Assembly: GCA_023205875.1 (NCBI GenBank)
Contig: CP060764.1
Coordinates: forward strand, 186,001 to 250,000
From: Chloropicon primus
Lineage: Eukaryota
Direction of reading: 5' to 3'
DNA: 64,000 nt
In this document: positions 31,583 to 41,597 of the stretch, in pieces
How positions within the stretch are numbered: the stretch's first letter is position 1
Layout: each line of letters begins with the position of its first letter
The notes under the pieces: model-generated
What the model saw: the letters and a program-made list of their open reading frames with translations, nothing else
The model's database searches: none
What the model was told of the DNA's origin: nothing
Made by a program: the position numbers and the translations under genes

Positions 31583-32356
31583 CTACGCGCACTGGTGCTG
31601 CTGCTCTTTGATCTTGAATTCCTTCCAGGGAATGTTGTACTCGCTCCACTTGGTGAGAACGTCGCCCATGGTCACGATGTCCAGGGTCTTCTTCCTGCTC
31701 ACGATGAAGGCCTGCTGGGTCGTCGTGCCAAAGTGGGGCGAGCACGTGTAGAGCATCGCCCAAGACTTGTAGTCCGTGTCCACCACCCAGAGCTTGCTCA
31801 CCCTGTTCAGCAAGAAGTGGTACCCCTTGTTCCTGTAGTCCCTGGTGGGAGAGATCTGCTCCAGGTGCTGCAAGTTCTTCGCCTGGTCCGAGTCGGTGAC
31901 GAACCTGCAGCGCATGTCGTCCCTGTCCGGCTCACGCAGCCAAGCGACCTTGTGCCAGTCCCCCTGAAAGTCCTCGAAGTTGAAGGCCCTGAGCTTGGCG
32001 GTCGTGTTGTCCGCCCTAGTGAGGGGGGGGCACAGGCCGTCCAAGGTCTCCAGGGCCCGGTCGTAGTCCGTCTTCTCCGAGGCCCAGTTGAAGCTCTCGA
32101 AGTGGAGTCCGAGGAACCAGGCCACGAAGACCAGGGCCACGGCCGTCGTGACCCTGGACCCAAACGACTTGGGGCAAGCCTCCCCCTTGCCGGAGGAGGA
32201 GGACCCCAAGTCAGAAGACTCCCTCCTCTCCGTCCTCTCCAAGAAGGACCTCCTCTGCTCCCGGAGCCTCCTCTGGTACTCCTCCTGCGCGGACTGCCGA
32301 CGCTCCAGAAGCACCAGGCTGGACTCGCTCGCGCAGCTCCTCAGTCTCGTCGCCAT
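31583..32356 (-). CDS. Lipocalin-domain protein with an internal TM anchor
   Basis: SCR1 FNFEDFQGDWHKVA, SCR2 WVVDTDYKSWAMLYTC, SCR3 AFIVSRKKTL; hydrophobic helix VTTAVALVFVAWFLGL upstream. Confidence 0.75.
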   Translation of the reverse strand: MATRLRSCASESSLVLLERRQSAQEEYQRRLREQRRSFLERTERRESSDLGSSSSGKGEACPKSFGSRVTTAVALVFVAWFLGLHFESFNWASEKTDYDRALETLDGLCPPLTRADNTTAKLRAFNFEDFQGDWHKVAWLREPDRDDMRCRFVTDSDQAKNLQHLEQISPTRDYRNKGYHFLLNRVSKLWVVDTDYKSWAMLYTCSPHFGTTTQQAFIVSRKKTLDIVTMGDVLTKWSEYNIPWKEFKIKEQQHQCA

Positions 32357-33388
32357 CTCGCCCTCCGCCCCGTCGTCGCTTTTCCTTTTTTTTCTCTCGC
32401 TCTCTCTTTTTCTTGGCCTAAAAGCCAACCAATCAATCCCCCTCCTCCTTAGATGATGATGATGATGATGTTGAGGATGTGTCAAACCACAAGCAACGCG
32501 CGCTTTCTCGTGCCCATGTCCCACACATACGCACGCGCACACTGCACGCACGCGAAACCTCGAACCAACAAGCAAGCAAGAGAAGACCCCAAGGTTTCCC
32601 TAAACCCGTCCCCACCGGCAGAAGCCCTCAAGCTCTACCCCTCTTCCTCTCCCTGTGCTACCGAAACACCATTCGCTTGGCTCCCTCCTCTCTCTCCCCG
32701 CGCGCGAGCGAGAAAAAAAAAACGGAACGAAACGAAACGAAAGCGCACTCGGTGTCGTGACGGTGTCGCCCTCGTCGTCGTCGTCGTCGTCGTCGTTGCT
32801 CTCGTCGTTGTGATCTGTCCCGTTGCTTGGCTGCTCTTGTTCTCGAGATAAAATCATCGAGATAGAAAAAAAAACGTGGGATTGGAGCCGAAAGAGAGAG
32901 AGAGAGAGAGAGGGCAAACAAAGAGGAAAGGGAAGGGAATAGACAGAAGAGAGGGAGAAAGGGGGGAAGGAACATCATCATCATCATCAACTCCTTCAAT
33001 CGCGATCCGGGGAGGAGACGTTTGCCTCTTTTCTTAATCCTTTCCAGGACGAAGCCTTCAACAGCTCGATCCACAAAAGTAAGAGTAAGAGTAAACAAAA
33101 AAGGAAACACATAAATATATTAATATATAAAAAGATGGGCTTGCTCCTCTTTGCTTTGCAATTGTGTTGGTGCTCTCCTTTTATTCGTTCGTTCGTTCGC
33201 CAAGCAAGCAAGCAAAGCGGCGCAATGCAATTCATCATCACCACCACCGTGTTCATCAATACAATGTCATTGTTTGTTTGTTTGTTGTTGTTGTTAATGC
33301 ACAAAAGAGAAAGAAAAAAAAAACAAAAACAAAAACGCTTTCCCGGAGCGTGAATCTCATCCTCATCGTCATCCTCGACAACTTGTCA

Positions 33389-36300
33389 CTACGACTTGTC
33401 GCTCGTGGGCGGCGGGGTGATCTTCGGGCTGATGATCGGAGAGACCTTGGAGGTGCTCCTCTCGCTGTTGATCATGGAAGTGTTCCTCTTCGAACCCTGC
33501 AGGGTGGAGTTGAGGATGTCCGTGGCGGTGTTGTTGACGTTGTTGGTGTTGTTCATCGAGGGGACGACGGAGCCCACGGCGTAGAACGCCTTGGAGCCCG
33601 TGATCCCGATGCACGTTCCGCCGAAGGCCACGACGGAGGCCAGGGTGATCAGGATGAACCGAACGGTGATCTCTACGTCCAGGGCCAGGACCACGGGCAG
33701 GATCACGATGCAGACTATGGTCGAGTTGTAGAGCCCGAAGAAGATGGACTTGGACTCCTGGAAGTCGTCCTGGACGTCCTTGATCTTGTAAGCGATGTAG
33801 GCGCTGTAAATGATCAGGACGGCGTGGACAAAGACCGTGAGGAGGAAAGTGATGTTCCCGGTATTGTCCTTGCAGACCTCCTTGACGACGCTCTCCCCGT
33901 TCACGATCCTGACCTCCGTCTGGGCCTCCGGAGGGGCGACGGCGAGGTGCACGATCAGCATGGTCACCGCCAGCCCAAGGAGCTTGAAGAAGATCACCAG
34001 CATCTTGTTGGTCGTCAGGATCACCTTCTTCATGGCCTGGTTGTTGAAGATGGAGTCGATCCGGATCATCTTGGTGAGGAACGCGGTGTACATGACGGAA
34101 ACCCCCAGGAACACGCACAGCGGGGTCAGGGTGCAGGTGCTGTCGGTGGGCTTCCCGATCAGCCAGAACGGCGTGAGGAGGCCAATCACACCTCCCGCGC
34201 AGGCGATGATCACGAACACGGGCTGGGACCTCCTGATCGCCTTCTCCTGGGCCTTGGCCGAGTAGATGACCATGAGCACGAACAGCACTAACATCACGAG
34301 CAGGAGGATGGTCATCATGGCGATGGCGACGGCCGAGTCCGCCACAATGTACTCGCACTGGAACGTAAAGTCGCTCGGCAGGGCGGAGCCCTCGACGCAG
34401 GCAGACCCGTTGGCCCCAGACCTCTGGCCAGCGACACAGCAGTCCGAAGGGAGCTGGGGGTTCCCGAACAGAGGGTTCTTCCAGGAGTACGTCCCCTTCC
34501 TCTCGTTGTTGTCGTCGCACTGGCTCAAGACAATGTTCCAGTTGCTCGCGGTGCAAGCAGCAGGCCTCGCGAAGCACTCTCCCGCGATGTCGACCGTCTC
34601 CAAGTCGCTCTCTGGCGTGCCCCCAGTGTCCTTCGTCGTGAACTGGATCTGGCCATCAAGGCAGTTGGTGACCTTGACCTTGAGCGTGCTGAGCTTCCCG
34701 GTGTAAGGCAATGCCGAGACCCGGGCCGTGCCGTCGTAGAGCTCCAGGGGGCCAGAGAAGGACACGATCTTCATGTTGACCTCATCGTCGTCCTGGTTCA
34801 GGAGGAAGCCAAGGTCGGAGAGCAGGGTCATGACGCCCTCCTTCGCCGTCGCTTGGTTCGACTTGAGGATCGGAGGATCGTTCACCTGCTGAATCTTCAG
34901 GGTGATCTTGGCGTTGTCGCTCCTCCTGTACCTGTCGTAAGGGCAATCATACGCAGCGAACTCAAAGGCATCGTCCCCGTAAGCGTCCTTGTCGGGCAGG
35001 TAGTAGACAGACTTGGAAGGGTACTCGAGAGCTCCGTCGGGGAGCTGGGTGGAGCCGAACATCTGCACGTAGTCAATCTCATTCCAGTCAGGAACCGCAG
35101 CGGTATCCAACTCGACCCTAATCGTGTTGGACTTGAACGGTGGCTGGCAGACGGTCGGGCCAAACTTCCTGAACTGCTGGAACTTGGAGTGGTGCTTCTG
35201 AATGTCGTTCGACGCGGTGCCCTCCCACAGCTTGTAGTACTTCTTCGCGCCCTCGTTCCACGTTCTCACTTGGTTCACGGCTCCCATGCCCCTGTTCTCG
35301 CCGATCTCCACCCCCATCACGTACAGGGGCTGGGTGTAGTTGACCTCCAGGTACTCGTACGCCCCGTTCTCGGCAAAGTAAGCAATCGGGTCGTGCTTGA
35401 ACGAGATGATGCTGTCCGAGAATTCCGTGAGCGAGCCCTCCGTTCCGGCTTTCCACAGGGGACTCCAGGCGAGGGGAGTGTCCCCGAACGAGTCCACGCT
35501 AGGCGGCCCAAGTGCCTGAATTGGATGGTAACTCACGCTCTTTCCATTTCCCCAGAATGAGCTCACTTGCGTCACGTTGTAAGCGTACTGGTAGATCGGC
35601 TCCTGAAGGCTGTAGGGCGTGAAAGGCTTTATGATCTCAGCTCCAACGCTGCCGTCGCTGTTCTCAAGAAAGAGCTTTCCCTTCTGTGGCAGCTTCGTGA
35701 TCACCATCGTGTACATGTCCGTCTCCGGGTCGAGGACATCCAAAGAGATTTTCTCGTGTGCCTGGTCCTCTTCGAGGTTGACAGTCTTGCTCGAACAGAT
35801 CGGAACGTCGTCCAGGGCAAAGATGCTGTACGTTCCAGTAATCTCGAGGGTGGTAGCCAGAGAGTCCAACAACTCGAACTTGACCGCGCCGGGGACCTCG
35901 CCGGACCGGTCCAAGGCGAGCTTGCAAATCGCGTAACCCGGCTCCGGCAAGACTCCTCCCTCAACTGCTTTGCTCCCCACGTTGAAGTCCAAGTTCTGGT
36001 TCGTGAAGTACTTGGTCGCGTAAAGGCAGTCCTCGTTGTCCTTGAGCACCTTCACGCTGCAATCCAGGCCGAGGGTGTTGTGGCACCCCAAATTCATCGT
36101 GAAAGGCTTGTCCTCGATAGGAGTCATGGTGAAGACCTTGCTGGGAAGGTCTTCTGAGATCTTCATCTCCCCCGCGATGAGGATCTTCATCTTGTACGAC
36201 ACCGTGTTGTCCGCCACGGGATGAAAAGTCACCTCGTCGGAGGTGGGCTGAGCGCCCCCTCCTATTGCTGGCGCGGTGTACTTGTAGTTCCTCGTCTTGG

Positions 36301-37417
36301 CCGAGCCTCCCGCGGTAACGTCCACTCCGTCAGGGTCCGTCATCAGCCCACTTGGGCCCACGGTCACCTCGATGTCGTACGGAAGCTCGATGTCAGTCAC
36401 GAGAGGGGTGGTGCCGTCGTACCCAGAGACAGCGACGTTCAACTGGTAGTCCGCTCCGCCGTTCTTCACAAGGTCGAACTCGTTGGCCGTTCCAACGCCC
36501 TCAAGGGGTGCCGAGGAGACCACCAAAAGCGGCTTTACTCCCGTAAAGGTCTTCTCCTCGTTGGTGTCCGTGAACGTGTCCCCGTCCTTGAAACCACCGA
36601 GAATCAAGTCGTAGAAGGCACCACCGCTTCCTTGGTTCTCCAAGAAGGATCCACTCGGGCCGCCGCTCCTCAGGGTCGACTCCTCGAACGTGTGCCGCAC
36701 CTTGAGGGACGCGTCGTTGGTGGAAATGAGCAGCTTCTGCCAGTTGGCACCGATGTCCGCCTCGCTCACGACCTTGTTGTACATGCACAACTCGTCGAAC
36801 TGCCCGTAAAAGTTCGAGGACTTGATCGTCTCTCCCGCGTTGAAGGTGTACATGCCAAGGGTGAAGTAGCCCTGGCTCGCTGCATTGAACTCCAGGGGCT
36901 TGGCATCGTAAGATGCGGTGTAGAACTTGGTTCCGTTCACGTACACAAGCAAAGACGTCGAGTCCACGGTGATGGTAATACGATGCCATTCCAAAGTATC
37001 CGGAACCGATTTCAAGGACGAGGGCTCCGACAAGCGATGGAAGTACCTAAGGTCAGCAGTGCCCTGGCTTGCCTCGGTCCCCGTTCTCATCGCATCGTCG
37101 TTGGAAGAGTACTCCATGTGAAACATCTGGAGGTAGTTCTTATCGGTTGCAGTGATGAACGAGAAGTGGCAGAACCGAGACATGTGTTGTATCGTGCTTC
37201 CACCGTAAGTCTTCACCCAGTAGTCCACCGTCATGCCGTCCGTGAAGTCTCCGTCTTGGAGCAGGTCACGAAACCCGGCAGCTGACATACCCCCGAAAGG
37301 GAAGTACAGACTCTTCCCGTACCCATGAACCGCAGTCGACGCCCGTACGAGAGGCACAAGACTTTGCAGGACAACCACGCAAGAGAATGCGGCTAGAATT
37401 CTGACAGAGACTGCCAT
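33389..37417 (-). CDS. Class C GPCR-like 7TM receptor with a large multidomain ectodomain (intronless, about 1340 aa)
   Basis: Signal peptide; LamG-like (WHRITIT, LLVYVNG, FYGQFDELCMYN); cadherin/Ig-like (YLPDKDAYGDDAFEF, VNDPP); seven hydrophobic helices with 7tm_3 hallmarks IRRSQPVF, TC, KMIRIDSIF, AYKIKDV.DDFQESKSI; Ser/Thr-rich tail. Confidence 0.82.
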   Translation of the reverse strand: MAVSVRILAAFSCVVVLQSLVPLVRASTAVHGYGKSLYFPFGGMSAAGFRDLLQDGDFTDGMTVDYWVKTYGGSTIQHMSRFCHFSFITATDKNYLQMFHMEYSSNDDAMRTGTEASQGTADLRYFHRLSEPSSLKSVPDTLEWHRITITVDSTSLLVYVNGTKFYTASYDAKPLEFNAASQGYFTLGMYTFNAGETIKSSNFYGQFDELCMYNKVVSEADIGANWQKLLISTNDASLKVRHTFEESTLRSGGPSGSFLENQGSGGAFYDLILGGFKDGDTFTDTNEEKTFTGVKPLLVVSSAPLEGVGTANEFDLVKNGGADYQLNVAVSGYDGTTPLVTDIELPYDIEVTVGPSGLMTDPDGVDVTAGGSAKTRNYKYTAPAIGGGAQPTSDEVTFHPVADNTVSYKMKILIAGEMKISEDLPSKVFTMTPIEDKPFTMNLGCHNTLGLDCSVKVLKDNEDCLYATKYFTNQNLDFNVGSKAVEGGVLPEPGYAICKLALDRSGEVPGAVKFELLDSLATTLEITGTYSIFALDDVPICSSKTVNLEEDQAHEKISLDVLDPETDMYTMVITKLPQKGKLFLENSDGSVGAEIIKPFTPYSLQEPIYQYAYNVTQVSSFWGNGKSVSYHPIQALGPPSVDSFGDTPLAWSPLWKAGTEGSLTEFSDSIISFKHDPIAYFAENGAYEYLEVNYTQPLYVMGVEIGENRGMGAVNQVRTWNEGAKKYYKLWEGTASNDIQKHHSKFQQFRKFGPTVCQPPFKSNTIRVELDTAAVPDWNEIDYVQMFGSTQLPDGALEYPSKSVYYLPDKDAYGDDAFEFAAYDCPYDRYRRSDNAKITLKIQQVNDPPILKSNQATAKEGVMTLLSDLGFLLNQDDDEVNMKIVSFSGPLELYDGTARVSALPYTGKLSTLKVKVTNCLDGQIQFTTKDTGGTPESDLETVDIAGECFARPAACTASNWNIVLSQCDDNNERKGTYSWKNPLFGNPQLPSDCCVAGQRSGANGSACVEGSALPSDFTFQCEYIVADSAVAIAMMTILLLVMLVLFVLMVIYSAKAQEKAIRRSQPVFVIIACAGGVIGLLTPFWLIGKPTDSTCTLTPLCVFLGVSVMYTAFLTKMIRIDSIFNNQAMKKVILTTNKMLVIFFKLLGLAVTMLIVHLAVAPPEAQTEVRIVNGESVVKEVCKDNTGNITFLLTVFVHAVLIIYSAYIAYKIKDVQDDFQESKSIFFGLYNSTIVCIVILPVVLALDVEITVRFILITLASVVAFGGTCIGITGSKAFYAVGSVVPSMNNTNNVNNTATDILNSTLQGSKRNTSMINSERSTSKVSPIISPKITPPPTSDKS

Positions 37418-37547
37418 GTTTGCCAAACCCTGGAGGACCAGAATTTCTCTTTGTTGTGTTGCTCCAATCCCCCTCAACCCTTATGGGTTCACCAAACCAC
37501 ACGAACACACACGAAACCCTCCTCCACAAGCCAAGTGTGGTGGTGGT

Positions 37548-37574
37548 TGTGTGTGTGTGTGTGTGTGTGTGTGT
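37548..37574 (+). repeat. (GT)n microsatellite upstream of the receptor gene
   Basis: Read directly from sequence. Confidence 0.85.
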
Positions 37575-38433
37575 TTGGCCTCTTCTCTGCTTGACCCAAG
37601 CCACCCAAGCACCACAGAGTGTGCGTCTGACTCTGGCGCTGGCTTGACCCAACCCAAGAGCGTGAGACCAAGGACGAGCCGAGAGGCCTTGTGTGTGGAT
37701 GGAAACGGTCTTTGTGTCCCCTTGGGCCTTGTCAACGTCTTGTCCACGCAAGACAGCAAGACATAGCCCTCCCTCTCCTTGGAGTGTTGCTTGAGCAACG
37801 GAGGAAACGAAAGTAATTAAGGGAATTGCTCAAGTAACAACCCAGGGCCAGGGCCACCTCAACAAAAAGGTAATCTTCTTCGAGGGGGAGGAGGTCAAAG
37901 AGACTTCTCTTCCTTTACGAACAAGGGACGACGTTAGTGTGTACTGTGGAAAGGATTAAGCAAACCCTCTCTCGAGTGCACTTGGCTCATCGTAAGGCGA
38001 GGACACTTCACGTCTCTCACGAGGAGGGAAACGTTTTTGAGGTTTGAGGCGTCACACAAGCCCGAGGGACCCATGCCAAGCGATCGAGTCATGGAGATTA
38101 TCCCTCCCCTCTCTTCTCTCTTCTTCCTCTCCTCCTTCCACCTCCTCTCTTCTCTGTCTGTGTGTGTGGATCAGGCTCCTTTTGAAGTTTGAGCAACAGA
38201 AGAGAGGAGAAGGACACCAACAGCCAACGAGCGTGGACTTGTCGTTTCCCTTGCTTCCTCCACGCGTTTGAAGTTTTGCCCCACGTGCCGCTCGCTGCTC
38301 GGTTGCCTCGGGACACTCCACTTGTCGTGGCGATCTTGGACGAGAAACTGAAACGCTCAAGGGGAGAGAGGAACACTTTTTGAAGCTTGGACGTGAGGAG
38401 AGCAGAGGGGCACAGAGGGGTGGCTGGTGAAAG

Positions 38434-40104
38434 ATGAATTCCATCGAGCCCATCCGCGTTCTCAATCAGAAGCTCGAGTCCATCTTGTTGCCGAGCGGAC
38501 GCAAGGAACGCCATGCCATGACCAAGGTCATTTGCACCTTGGGTCCCAACTCGAGGGATGTCAAGGTCCTGGAGGCCTTGCTGGACGCAGGGATGACTGC
38601 CGCGCGGTTTGACTTCAGCTGGGGATCCAGGCAGTACCACCAGGAGACCCTGAACAACCTCAGGCAAGCGTGCAGGAACAAGAGGAAGCTCTGCGGCGTC
38701 ATCATGGACACCAAGGGTCCAGAGATTGCTGTCTTGAACGTGAAGAAACCCATCAACTTGAAAGAGGGCCAGAAGATCAACATATCCTCGGACCCAGGCG
38801 TCGAGGCTTCGTCCGAAACCATTCCTGTGAACTTCCCGGACATCGGCAAGTACCTGAAGCCGGGATGCCAGGCCTTTGTCGGCCAGTACCTGTTCACGGG
38901 GAGCGAGACGACAAGCACTTACTTGACTGTGGAGGAAGCTTTGAGCGACTCGGAAGTTGTTTGCATCTGCCACAACGACGCTCGCTTGGAAGGGGTGATG
39001 CTGACGGTCCACTTATCGGGAGTATCAAACCCAATTCCCACCTTCACGGATGATGACGTCGAGGACATTCTTACCTGGGGCAAAAAGAATGAGATCGACT
39101 TCCTCTCCGTCTCGTTCTGCAAGAGCGCCGAGGACGTCCTGTACGCGAGGGAGCTCCTGGACAGGTGCGGCCTGACGAACACGGAGATTCTGTCCAAGAT
39201 CGAGAACAAGGAAGGGCTTTTGAACTTTGAGGGGATCCTGGAGAACAGTTATGGTTTGATCCTATCTCGAGGAAACCTCGGTATCGACGTGCCGGCAGAA
39301 AAGATGTTCCTGACGCAGAAGCTCCTTCTGGCGCAGTGCAACATGCACAGCAAGGCGGCAATCATCACAAGGGTCGTGGACACGATGACCGACACGCCGA
39401 GGCCCACGAGGGCAGAAGCAACCGATGTCGCGAACGCGGTCTTGGATGGCGCGGATGCCATCATGCTCGGTGCCGAGACCCTCAGAGGAAAGTTTCCCGT
39501 GGAGTCCGTGTTGACCGTGCTCAACATCTGCAAAGAGGCCGAGCAGGCGTACAACCACAGCTCCCATTACAAGAAGCTCATGAGTGCCTTGGGCGGCTAC
39601 GGGGATGATGCCCAGCTCAGCAAGACTGAGTCGCTGGCTTCCTCGGCAGTGAGAGCGGCCGATAAGACTCAGGCCGACTTGATTATTTGCTTCACCCAGT
39701 CCGGAACGAGTGCGAGGATGATCGCCAAGTACAGGCCTCCCGTTCCGATTCTGACGATCGTGATCCCAACCCTTGTCAGCGACAAGATCAAGTGGCGTTT
39801 CAGCGGAGGGGCACAAGCTAGGCAGACCCTCCTCTACAGGGGCGTGGTTCCTGTCCTCGGGGAGCCGCTGATGGGCCCCCAAAGGAGTAACTTGGACGAT
39901 TACTTGCTTCAGTTTGCCGTGCAAAAGGCAAAGGAGTTGAACCTGGTCTCCGAAGGAAACTACGCTGTGGTCACGCAAAGGATCGGGGGAAGTGACGTCT
40001 TGAAGATCGTCTTGATCGATGAGATTGATACACATGCCCTGAACCCCGTGCTGAAGAACCAGCGAACGTCTTCACAAACTGCCCTTGACATGATGAACAA
40101 TTGA
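38434..40104 (+). CDS. PK: Pyruvate kinase, plant cytosolic type
   Basis: TKVICTLGP, ARFDFSWG, MDTKGPEI, SKIEN.EG, LSRGNLG, PTRAEATDVANAVLDGADAIML, AKYRP. Confidence 0.93.
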   Translation: MNSIEPIRVLNQKLESILLPSGRKERHAMTKVICTLGPNSRDVKVLEALLDAGMTAARFDFSWGSRQYHQETLNNLRQACRNKRKLCGVIMDTKGPEIAVLNVKKPINLKEGQKINISSDPGVEASSETIPVNFPDIGKYLKPGCQAFVGQYLFTGSETTSTYLTVEEALSDSEVVCICHNDARLEGVMLTVHLSGVSNPIPTFTDDDVEDILTWGKKNEIDFLSVSFCKSAEDVLYARELLDRCGLTNTEILSKIENKEGLLNFEGILENSYGLILSRGNLGIDVPAEKMFLTQKLLLAQCNMHSKAAIITRVVDTMTDTPRPTRAEATDVANAVLDGADAIMLGAETLRGKFPVESVLTVLNICKEAEQAYNHSSHYKKLMSALGGYGDDAQLSKTESLASSAVRAADKTQADLIICFTQSGTSARMIAKYRPPVPILTIVIPTLVSDKIKWRFSGGAQARQTLLYRGVVPVLGEPLMGPQRSNLDDYLLQFAVQKAKELNLVSEGNYAVVTQRIGGSDVLKIVLIDEIDTHALNPVLKNQRTSSQTALDMMNN

Positions 40105-40186
40105 GGCAAAGCAGGAGGGGCAAGAGATCAAACGGGCTTTGTGTGTGTGTGTTTTAAAGTAATAAAATAATAGGGGAAGACATCTT

Positions 40187-41050
40187 CTACTCAAATACAG
40201 GTACAGGTATCTGTTCTACATCAATGCTCATGTCGAGCGTGGCGCAGGAGTGGGGTCCCAGTTGGCTGTTCACGTACCCCACTTCGCTGTTGTGCATCCA
40301 CTTGGTAGCGACCCACTTCTCACCCTGCGCCACGGGGCAGCCCCCGTGCAAGGACCTCTCGTCCAGGACGAGGCCGGGGGTCTGCGAGTAGAAGAGTATC
40401 CCGTCCCCCGGCTCCGCCTTGACCTTGAGTCCCCTGTCACAAGTGTCAAAGTTTTCGATGGCTTCACCCCCCTTGTAACCGTCGCCACCTTTGCTCCTTG
40501 GGAAGATGGTCTCGCCCCCGCCTTCCGGAGACCTCAAGTAAAACAAAAACGTGGCGAGGCGATTGTTCTTCCCCAAGTCCGGAAAGTCCACGGGGTTGAA
40601 CCAGTCCATGTGGTGCGCGTAGTGGCCGTTCACAGGATAGTGCAAGACATTCCACGCCTCCCCCATCTCTCGGTGGATCCCAGTGAGGGTCGCCAGCCTC
40701 TCCTCCACTCGCTGGATGGTTGACGTCTTGTCCTCCTTGCTGTCCACGAAAGCGCCCGTGGACGTCCTGATGGACGAGTTAAACTCCTCCCCAGGCCTCA
40801 GCTTGAGCCCCGACTCCGCCATCTTTGGAGAAGCAAGGCCCACGAAGACCTCAAGGTCCTTTGGCTCCGCGAAGTTCTTGACCAGGACGACCCGAGGCTC
40901 CCAGGAGAGCAGGTGGTAGGACGTGTTGAGCCTGTTCAGCTCCGAGCAGGCACCGCTTGCCTTCTCTGAGGTTCCTCCTCTGGCGAACCTTATGCCTTGG
41001 GCCGCGCCAAGAAAAAGCGAGAAAACAATGCATGCGATCGCCACGTTCAT
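40187..41050 (-). CDS. P4H: Secretory-pathway prolyl 4-hydroxylase
   Basis: Signal peptide; LSWEPR, IRTSTG, HxD (HHMDWF), NRLATFLFYL, GGGETIFP, SLHGGCPV, KWVATKW. Confidence 0.92.
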   Translation of the reverse strand: MNVAIACIVFSLFLGAAQGIRFARGGTSEKASGACSELNRLNTSYHLLSWEPRVVLVKNFAEPKDLEVFVGLASPKMAESGLKLRPGEEFNSSIRTSTGAFVDSKEDKTSTIQRVEERLATLTGIHREMGEAWNVLHYPVNGHYAHHMDWFNPVDFPDLGKNNRLATFLFYLRSPEGGGETIFPRSKGGDGYKGGEAIENFDTCDRGLKVKAEPGDGILFYSQTPGLVLDERSLHGGCPVAQGEKWVATKWMHNSEVGYVNSQLGPHSCATLDMSIDVEQIPVPVFE

Positions 41051-41597
41051 GATCCCTGACCCAAGACGCTTTTCAGCACCCTTTCAGCACCCGACACACC
41101 CAAAACCCAAACACGGCCTCAGTCAAGAGGTCGAGGTCTCCCCTTGGAATCAATCAAAGTCCCTCCAGCCCTTCAGCGACAACACTCGTGCCCAAGACCT
41201 GTCGAGTTCGGTACCTTTGGAAAGCCCTCGAGCCTGACTTGCCTGGGACACGAATCTTGCGTCCTCTTCTCCTCCTTTCAGCCCTCCACTGCGGGGACAA
41301 GTCACCCCAGTCCTCCCGCTCCAGTCTCTTCCTCTGATTCTGATGGGACGCGCGAAGGACGTCTGCATCGCCATCCTCGATCAGAACGGAGCGAGGCGTC
41401 GGCGAAGAGGGGCGAGAGAGAGGGACGGCGACCGAGGACGAAGCGGACGACGGAGAGAGGGGTCGACCTCCTTCGCGCTCCGCGTTTCGTGTTTGTTCCG
41501 CGAGGGCGTCGAGTTCTATTTTTATTTTTTTTCGTGCGTGCGTGCGTGCGTGTGCGTTTTTGCATGACAGAAGGGTGTTACGGTTTCAAGGGGTAAG

